Shown in pieces: positions 58,098 through 64,000 of a stretch of 64,000 nt of DNA (its first letter is position 1; the number at the start of each line of letters is the position of its first letter). Origin of the DNA: an uncultured Bacteroidales bacterium (lineage in GTDB: Bacteria > Bacillota_I > Bacilli_A > ML615J-28 > CAG-698); assembly GCA_964646985.1 (NCBI GenBank), contig CAZYFI010000001.1:759-64758 (forward strand), written 5' to 3'. The translations under genes were made by a program, and so were the position numbers. The notes beneath the pieces are model-generated. The model was not told the DNA's origin, made no database searches, and saw only the letters and a program-made list of their open reading frames with translations.

Positions 58098-58316
58098 TTA
58101 CTTATGACGGTAAGTAATGCGGCCACGTGTTAAGTCATATGGCGACAATTCAACAGTTACTTTATCACCTGGTAAAATTGTGATGAAGTTCATCCGTATT
58201 TTACCAGAAACGTGGGCCACTATTTGATGTCCGTTCTCTAACTGAACTTTAAATACTGTATTTGGTAGGGCATCAATAACTGTTCCTTTTAATTCTATGA
58301 CATCATTTTTAGACAC
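58098..58316 (-). CDS. infA: Translation initiation factor IF-1
   Basis: [13 protein letters not shown]...[15 protein letters not shown]. 72 aa. Confidence 0.95.
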   Translation of the reverse strand: MSKNDVIELKGTVIDALPNTVFKVQLENGHQIVAHVSGKIRMNFITILPGDKVTVELSPYDLTRGRITYRHK

Positions 58317-58319
58317 GAA

Positions 58320-59072
58320 TTAAGCCTCCTTCGTTAATATCGTATATCCGTTTTCGGTTATAACAATGCTATGTTCAAAATGGGCACTATCGGACCCATC
58401 AATGGTAACGGTAGTCCAATCATCTTGTAAAATCTTGACATCTTCTTTGCCAGCATTGACCATTGGTTCAATGGCAAGCGTCATGCCTGGTTTTAAGATA
58501 GGACCGTAACCAGCTTTACCATAGTTTGGAATCATTGGATCTTCATGTAATTTGGCTCCAACGCCATGTCCGGTAAAGTCTTTTACAACACTATATCCCC
58601 GACTAACCACATATTGTTCAATGGCGTGGGAGATATCGGATAAACGATTTAATGGTTTTGCAAATTCTAAGCCCGCATAGAGTGATTTTTTTGTTACTTC
58701 AAGCAATTGCTTGCGAGCATCACTAATTTCACCAACTCCATGGGTCATAGCGCTATCGCCATGGTAACCTTGATAACAAGCACCAATGTCAATAGCAATA
58801 ATATCGCCATTTTTTAAAATTGTTTTTTTACTGGGAATACCATGAATGACAACTTGATTGATAGAAGCACAAATTGATCCTGGAAACCCGTTATATCCTT
58901 TAAAGGATGGAGTTGCTCCGTTCGCAACAATGGTTGCCTCAGCAATCAAATCTAGTTCATAAGTTGATATTCCGGGAACAATCGCTTCTTTAACCTTGCG
59001 ATGGGCTAAAGCGACAATTCTTCCCGCTTCTTTCATCAACTCTATTTCGCGATTACTTTTAATGGTGATCAT
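58320..59072 (-). CDS. map: Methionine aminopeptidase type I
   Basis: [19 protein letters not shown]... and the metal ligands. Start moved from 59105 to ATG 59072 (canonical MetAP start). Overlaps adk by 14 nt. Confidence 0.9.
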   Translation of the reverse strand: MITIKSNREIELMKEAGRIVALAHRKVKEAIVPGISTYELDLIAEATIVANGATPSFKGYNGFPGSICASINQVVIHGIPSKKTILKNGDIIAIDIGACYQGYHGDSAMTHGVGEISDARKQLLEVTKKSLYAGLEFAKPLNRLSDISHAIEQYVVSRGYSVVKDFTGHGVGAKLHEDPMIPNYGKAGYGPILKPGMTLAIEPMVNAGKEDVKILQDDWTTVTIDGSDSAHFEHSIVITENGYTILTKEA

Positions 59073-59718
59073 GAATATCCTCCAAATGTTTCGTAATTTG
59101 AACAAAGGTATCAGTTACATCACGACTTCCATTAATATTAATCAACAATCCCGTATCAACATAATAATCTAGCAAAGGTTGTGTTTGATTATAATACACA
59201 TTCAAGCGGTTTGTTACGGTTTCTAAACTATCGTCTTTTCTTTGGTATAGTGGGCCACCACAAACATCACATACATTTTCCACTTTTGGTGGAATATTAA
59301 TGATGTGGTAAGAAGCTCCACATTGACGGCACATGCGACGACCACTCATACGTTTGATTAGAATGTCGTCAGGTACGGAAATGTTAATTACCGCATCCAG
59401 GCTGATTTTCATTTGTATTAAAATCTCATCTAGTGCCTTAGCCTGGGCAATTGTTCTTGGAAATCCATCTAGTAAAAATCCTGGTAAGCAATCTGCTTGT
59501 AACAATCTCGTTTTCACCATATCAATGGTTACTTCATCTGGTACAAGCTCGCCTTTGTCCGTGAATTCTTTCGCATGGATTCCTAACGGTGTTCCTTGCT
59601 TTATCGCCTCGCGAAACATATCGCCAGTTGAAATGTGAGGAATTCCGTATGTTTTCTTAATGAGTGGCGCTTGGCTTCCCTTCCCTGCGCCGGGAGGTCC
59701 CATGATTAATAAACGCAT
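59059..59718 (-). CDS. adk: Adenylate kinase (zinc-lid type)
   Basis: [11 protein letters not shown]-loop. Lid with CRQCGASYH...CDVCGG (four Cys). 219 aa. Confidence 0.95.
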   Translation of the reverse strand: MRLLIMGPPGAGKGSQAPLIKKTYGIPHISTGDMFREAIKQGTPLGIHAKEFTDKGELVPDEVTIDMVKTRLLQADCLPGFLLDGFPRTIAQAKALDEILIQMKISLDAVINISVPDDILIKRMSGRRMCRQCGASYHIINIPPKVENVCDVCGGPLYQRKDDSLETVTNRLNVYYNQTQPLLDYYVDTGLLININGSRDVTDTFVQITKHLEDIHDHH

Positions 59719-59727
59719 GGTTTTACC

Positions 59728-61005
59728 TTAATCAATGAAACCACGATATTGTTTTTCTTGACTTTGGGTTTTTAGTTGTTTTGCTGTTTCAATTGCAACA
59801 CCAACAACGATAATTAAACTTGTTCCTCCAATTTGCACAGATGCTGGAAGATCAAAAATAAAGCCCATAATGATTGGAAGCGAAGCAACGATTGCTAAAT
59901 AAGTTGCACCAACCATGGTAATCTTAAACAATACGCGAGAAATATATGATGCTGTTTCAGCACCAGGACGAATACCTGGTACATAAGCATTTTGTTTTTG
60001 TAAATTTTCTGCCATTTTTTCTGGATTCATTTGTAAGAATGAATAGAAGAATGAGAACACGAAAATTAATACAATGTATAATGCGAAGCCTATTGGATTC
60101 GTATAATTGAATACTTGGCCAATCCAATAAACCAAATTATTGCTTTGATCTAAGAAATTGACAATTGTCGTTGGTAAACTCATTAATGTGCTAGCAAAGA
60201 TAACTGGGATAACGGATGCGGAATTCAATTTGATTGGAATGTTCGAATCCGATTTTCCTCTAAAGCTTGCAGCAGCAGGTCTATTTGCATACTGAATAGG
60301 AATTTTTCGTTGAGCAGCTTCCATAAAAACGATCCCAACAACAATGGCTACCATAAGCAATAAGACACCAAAGAAGATGAAGATATCGCCTACAGAATTT
60401 CCTGCTTCAGCAGCAATATAAGTATTAATTAAATCAGTAATCATTTGAGGGAAACTAGCAACGATACCAGCAACGATGAACATTGATGTTCCGTTTCCAA
60501 TTCCTTTTAAAGTAATTTTTTCAGCAAGCCATAAAACAAAAGCTGTACCAGCTGTCATGACTAAGGCAAGGAAAACATAGGTGAAAATGTTGACTTCAAC
60601 ACCAAGTTGGAAGATATCACCATAGTATGCTGCGATTCCTAAAGTAATGGTTAATGCTTGAACAAATGCCAAACCCAAAGCCAAATATCTAGTAAGTTGA
60701 TTTAGTTTTCGCTTTCCAGTTTCGCCTTCTTCAGCCCATTCCTTTAATGTTGGAACGATATCCATTTGCAATAATTGAATGACGATTGATGCGGTAATGT
60801 ATGGAGAAATTCCTAGGGCAACAATCGAATAATTCGCCAATGCCCCACCACTAAATACATTTAAGAAACCAAATATTGATGTTTGTGTTCCTAAAAATGC
60901 ACGATTAATGAGTGGAAGTTGGATATGGTAAGCCAAGCGCCAGATTAATAAAATCATGGCGGTATACAATAGCATATTAATTACTTTTTTGTTTTTTAAT
61001 GCCAA
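59728..61005 (-). CDS. secY: Preprotein translocase subunit SecY
   Basis: 10-TM SecY with conserved blocks (GISPYITASI, GTSLII). 425 aa. Confidence 0.95.
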   Translation of the reverse strand: MALKNKKVINMLLYTAMILLIWRLAYHIQLPLINRAFLGTQTSIFGFLNVFSGGALANYSIVALGISPYITASIVIQLLQMDIVPTLKEWAEEGETGKRKLNQLTRYLALGLAFVQALTITLGIAAYYGDIFQLGVEVNIFTYVFLALVMTAGTAFVLWLAEKITLKGIGNGTSMFIVAGIVASFPQMITDLINTYIAAEAGNSVGDIFIFFGVLLLMVAIVVGIVFMEAAQRKIPIQYANRPAAASFRGKSDSNIPIKLNSASVIPVIFASTLMSLPTTIVNFLDQSNNLVYWIGQVFNYTNPIGFALYIVLIFVFSFFYSFLQMNPEKMAENLQKQNAYVPGIRPGAETASYISRVLFKITMVGATYLAIVASLPIIMGFIFDLPASVQIGGTSLIIVVGVAIETAKQLKTQSQEKQYRGFID

Positions 61006-61446
61006 TTAAATCACCTCGATTTTCCCGCCGGCGTTCGTGATTCCTTTTTCAGCTGATTGAGAAAACTTATTGGCAACAACTGTTAATTTAACAGATAGTT
61101 CGCCGTTTCCTAAAATCTTTACCATACTTTCTTTTTTGTCAATAAGACCTTGTTTGTATAATTTTTCTGGGTTAACCGTTGCTCCTTCTTTGAACACATT
61201 TAATTGTGCCAAATTAACAACTTCATATTCTTTACGTCCATGGTTTGTAAATCCACGTTTTGGAAAACGCTTAAACAATGGTGTTTGTCCGCCTTCATAT
61301 CCAGGACGAACTCCGCCGCCTGAACGCGAATTTTGACCTTTGTGACCACGTCCACTTGTTTTTCCCATTCCACTTGATGTTCCGCGTCCAACAATATTCT
61401 TGCTGTGGCGAGCACCAGGAACTGGTTTTAATTCATGTAGTTTCAT
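61006..61446 (-). CDS. rplO: 50S ribosomal protein L15
   Basis: [22 protein letters not shown]...[15 protein letters not shown]. 146 aa. Confidence 0.95.
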   Translation of the reverse strand: MKLHELKPVPGARHSKNIVGRGTSSGMGKTSGRGHKGQNSRSGGGVRPGYEGGQTPLFKRFPKRGFTNHGRKEYEVVNLAQLNVFKEGATVNPEKLYKQGLIDKKESMVKILGNGELSVKLTVVANKFSQSAEKGITNAGGKIEVI

Positions 61447-61455
61447 GCCATCCTC

Positions 61456-61635
61456 CTATTGAATCTCAACCAAATGAGCAACAGTAGCAATCATGCCACG
61501 AATGGCATCGTTGTCTTCTTTAATGACGATTTGGTTTATCTTAGTTAAGCCGAGGGCTTTCAAAGTTCTGCCTTGATGTGGTTTACGGCCAAAAGGACTT
61601 TTCACTAATTTAATCTTTATTTCTTTCGTATTCAT
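61456..61635 (-). CDS. rpmD: 50S ribosomal protein L30
   Basis: Hand translation: [59 protein letters not shown]. Not in the ORF track (59 aa). Canonical position between rpsE and rplO. Confidence 0.85.
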   Translation of the reverse strand: MNTKEIKIKLVKSPFGRKPHQGRTLKALGLTKINQIVIKEDNDAIRGMIATVAHLVEIQ

Positions 61636-61636
61636 A

Positions 61637-62164
61637 TTATCCCATAATCTCCTCAGGTGTTTTATTACGAATAGCGCTCACTTGTTCAATGGTACGCAAT
61701 TCTTGCAAACCTTTTAAAGTTGCTCTGACGATATTGATTGGAGTCGATGATCCTAAAGATTTAGATAAAATGTTTTGGATACCAGCTAATTCTACAACAG
61801 CACGAACAGGGCCACCAGCGATGATTCCTGTACCTTCTTTTGCAGGTTTTAGAAATACTCTACCAGCACCATGAACACCAGTAATCTCATGAGGGATGGT
61901 CATGTTTACAACTTGAACATCAATCAGGTTTTTCTTAGCATCTTCTACGGCTTTTTTAATTGCATCAGGGACTTCAATGGCTTTGCCGGTACCTAAACCA
62001 ACGCGACCTTTTTTATTTCCCACGATAACAACGGCACTGAAACGATAGCGACGACCACCTTTTACAACTTTAGCAACGTGATTGATGCTGACAACGCGCT
62101 CTTCAAATTCTTTTACAACTTCGACTTGCGCTTCTCTTTTGTTTTTTCTTGGTTCTTGACGCAT
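61637..62164 (-). CDS. rpsE: 30S ribosomal protein S5
   Basis: Canonical S5 ([30 protein letters not shown]). 175 aa. Confidence 0.95.
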   Translation of the reverse strand: MRQEPRKNKREAQVEVVKEFEERVVSINHVAKVVKGGRRYRFSAVVIVGNKKGRVGLGTGKAIEVPDAIKKAVEDAKKNLIDVQVVNMTIPHEITGVHGAGRVFLKPAKEGTGIIAGGPVRAVVELAGIQNILSKSLGSSTPINIVRATLKGLQELRTIEQVSAIRNKTPEEIMG

Positions 62165-62174
62165 TCAAACCCTC

Positions 62175-62537
62175 CTAAAATTTTAAGCCAGCGGCTCTGG
62201 CAGCTTCGGCTAATGCTTTTACTCGTCCGTGATAAATATATCCACCGCGGTCAAAAACAACCGTTTCAATATTTTTTTCTAAAGCTCTTTTTGCAACTAG
62301 CGTCCCAACTTGGGTTGCTGCTTCAACATTTGAGCCGTTTGTTAATTTTAATTCTTGATCAATACTTGATGCTGATACCAAAGTTACTCCAGCAACATCA
62401 TCAATGAGTTGTGCATAAATGTGAGCGTTTGAACGAAACACATTTAATCGAGGAAGAGTAGCCGTGCCCGAAATGTTTTTACGAATGCGTAAATGGCGAA
62501 CCAAACGCATTTTATTGCGTGATGTTTTTTTAATCAT
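62175..62537 (-). CDS. rplR: 50S ribosomal protein L18
   Basis: Canonical L18. 120 aa. Confidence 0.95.
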   Translation of the reverse strand: MIKKTSRNKMRLVRHLRIRKNISGTATLPRLNVFRSNAHIYAQLIDDVAGVTLVSASSIDQELKLTNGSNVEAATQVGTLVAKRALEKNIETVVFDRGGYIYHGRVKALAEAARAAGLKF

Positions 62538-62554
62538 TTGTTTACGTCTCCTCT

Positions 62555-63094
62555 CTACTTAGCTTTCTTTCCTTCTTTACGACGAACAACTTGTCCTTTG
62601 TAACGAATTCCTTTTCCAAGATATGGTTCAGGTTTTCTAACCTGATAAATTTCGGCTGCAAATTGCCCAACAACTTGCTTGTCAACGCCTCTTACTGTAA
62701 CTTCAGTTGGCGTTGGAACCACACATGTTATTCCTTCAGGAATTGGCATTTCCACTAAGTGCGAGTATCCTGCATTCAGAACCAAAACTCTTCCTTTTAG
62801 AGCAGCTTTGTATCCTGTTCCTTGGATTTCCATGGTTTTAGAAAACTCGTGGGTAACACCTTCTACCATATTGTGTAAAAGAGCTCTTGTTGTTCCGTGA
62901 AGGGTTCGATGCTCAATAGAATCGCTAGGACGGCTAATATGAACAGATCCTTCTTTGACTTCAATCATCATGTCAGGATGAAAATCATAAGCCATGTGTC
63001 CTTTTGGTCCTGTTACTTCAACGTGATTGTTTGCACTTAAAGTAACGGTTGTTCCTTGAGCAAATTTAATCGTTTTATTACCAACACGTGACAT
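62555..63094 (-). CDS. rplF: 50S ribosomal protein L6
   Basis: [11 protein letters not shown]... canonical L6. 179 aa. Confidence 0.95.
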   Translation of the reverse strand: MSRVGNKTIKFAQGTTVTLSANNHVEVTGPKGHMAYDFHPDMMIEVKEGSVHISRPSDSIEHRTLHGTTRALLHNMVEGVTHEFSKTMEIQGTGYKAALKGRVLVLNAGYSHLVEMPIPEGITCVVPTPTEVTVRGVDKQVVGQFAAEIYQVRKPEPYLGKGIRYKGQVVRRKEGKKAK

Positions 63095-63109
63095 TTTTAT
63101 CCTCCTTCA

Positions 63110-63508
63110 TTACCAAACAAACGCTATAACTTCGCCGCCAATGTTTAATTTGCGAGCTTCACGATCAGTCATAACGCCATTTGATGTTGATACAATTGCC
63201 ATACCCAAACCATTTAAGACTTTTGGCATTTCATTGGCTTTTGCATACAGACGTAATCCAGGTTTTGAAATACGTTTCAACCCTTTGATTACTCTTTGTT
63301 TCTTCTCAGTATATTTCATAGTCACTTTTAAGATGCCTTGCTTATCATTAGGGATAAGCTCAACGTCAAAAATATAACCTTCGCGTTTAATTACATTTAA
63401 AATCTCTAACTTAATTCTCGATGCTGGGATTTCTACATACTCATGTTTCATTTGATTGGCATTACGAATGCGAGTAAGTAAATCCGCAATTGGATCAGTC
63501 ATTACCAT
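63110..63508 (-). CDS. rpsH: 30S ribosomal protein S8
   Basis: [17 protein letters not shown]... canonical S8. 132 aa. Confidence 0.95.
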   Translation of the reverse strand: MVMTDPIADLLTRIRNANQMKHEYVEIPASRIKLEILNVIKREGYIFDVELIPNDKQGILKVTMKYTEKKQRVIKGLKRISKPGLRLYAKANEMPKVLNGLGMAIVSTSNGVMTDREARKLNIGGEVIAFVW

Positions 63509-63533
63509 TTAGATGGCCTCCTTCCAACATATC

Positions 63534-63719
63534 TTACCAGCTCGCTTTAGTAACGCCAGGGATTTGCCCCTTGTTGGCTAATTCTCTAAAGCAGATGCGG
63601 CATAATTGAAATTTGCGGTATACGGAATGTGGTCGACCACAACGCTCACAACGAGTGTATTCACGTACAGCAAATCTTTGTTTCTGTTTACTTCTAAAAA
63701 CGATTGATTTCTTTGCCAT
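63534..63719 (-). CDS. rpsN: 30S ribosomal protein S14 type Z (zinc-binding, 61 aa)
   Basis: [14 protein letters not shown]...[23 protein letters not shown] has four Cys. Lies between rplE and rpsH. Confidence 0.9.
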   Translation of the reverse strand: MAKKSIVFRSKQKQRFAVREYTRCERCGRPHSVYRKFQLCRICFRELANKGQIPGVTKASW

Positions 63720-63728
63720 AAATCCTCC

Positions 63729-64000
63729 TTATTTCCTAAAAGGCATACCCAATTGGGCTAATAGTTCTCTGCCTTCTTCATCCGTTTTGGCAGTAGTAAC
63801 AATAACAATGTCCATTCCACGTACTTTCAACACTTTGTCATAGTTGATTTCTGGGAAAATTAATTGTTCTTTAATCCCAATGGTGTAATTGCCTCTTCCA
63901 TCAAAGGAGTCTTTACTCAAACCTCGGAAGTCACGTACTCGTGGTAATGAAATAGAAACAAGTTTATCAAAGAATTGATACATTCTTGCACCACGAAGGG
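63729..64000 (-). CDS. rplE: 50S ribosomal protein L5 (C-terminal part; the gene continues past the window end)
   Basis: ...[37 protein letters not shown] is the L5 C-terminus. The reading frame is open to position 64000. The ORF-track Met at 63983 is internal. Confidence 0.85.
   Translation of the reverse strand, partial: LRGARMYQFFDKLVSISLPRVRDFRGLSKDSFDGRGNYTIGIKEQLIFPEINYDKVLKVRGMDIVIVTTAKTDEEGRELLAQLGMPFRK

Noticed and set aside
1-64000. Alternative genetic code (TGA=Trp, Mollicutes-like) given the low GC
   Set aside because: Conserved proteins (FtsH, PFOR, LysRS, SecY) are full length with no in-frame TGA needed. TGA is used as a stop, for example at 24808-24810.
1-64000. CRISPR arrays, tRNA/rRNA genes, insertion sequences, integrases, phage remnants, toxin-antitoxin pairs
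   Set aside because: Intergenic regions are all under 170 nt and are accounted for by promoters and terminators. I saw no direct-repeat/spacer periodicity, no cloverleaf-capable sequences, and no transposase or integrase-like ORFs on either strand.

Overview
AT-rich (about one-third GC by eye), gene-dense window. It uses the standard bacterial genetic code: long ORFs are intact and TGA serves as a stop, so this is not a Mollicutes-type code. Gene content and order are those of a low-GC Firmicute (Bacilli/Erysipelotrichia-like). About 90% of genes are on the minus strand. Most of the window is core chromosome: lysS, hslO, tilS-hpt-ftsH, the sufCDSUB Fe-S operon, monocistronic PFOR (nifJ), tmk-holB-ricT-yabB-rsmI, truA-ecfTA2A1, and a long ribosomal-protein/secY/adk/map/infA/rpoA/rplQ block running to the window end. 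I recovered rpmJ and rpmD by hand because they fall below the ORF-track length cutoff. I found no rRNA, tRNA, CRISPR array, transposase, integrase or obvious mobile element. The accessory-looking content is: (i) an operon of a catalytically degenerate ABC-ATPase-like protein, a small polytopic membrane protein and the LTA-synthase-family enzyme LtaS; (ii) an ECF sigma/anti-sigma pair followed by a lipoprotein that is a clear paralog of the anti-sigma ectodomain; (iii) an ApbE flavin-transferase lipoprotein gene translationally overlapping sufC; (iv) four tandem, overlapping cytoplasmic glycoside hydrolase genes (GH2-GH3-GH13-GH36) with no transporter or regulator; (v) an acyltransferase and a DUF1312-like gene inserted between rplQ and ecfA1; (vi) a DUF4080-type B12-binding radical SAM gene divergent from a small HExxH protein; (vii) a split Znu-like metal importer, with the binding-protein gene at the window start and the ATPase/permease genes about 48 kb away. 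Promoters are almost all of the extended -10 (TGnTATAAT) type. Several convergent gene pairs share a single hairpin terminator that overlaps both stop codons. All functional calls are from my own reading of the translations; no database searches were possible.
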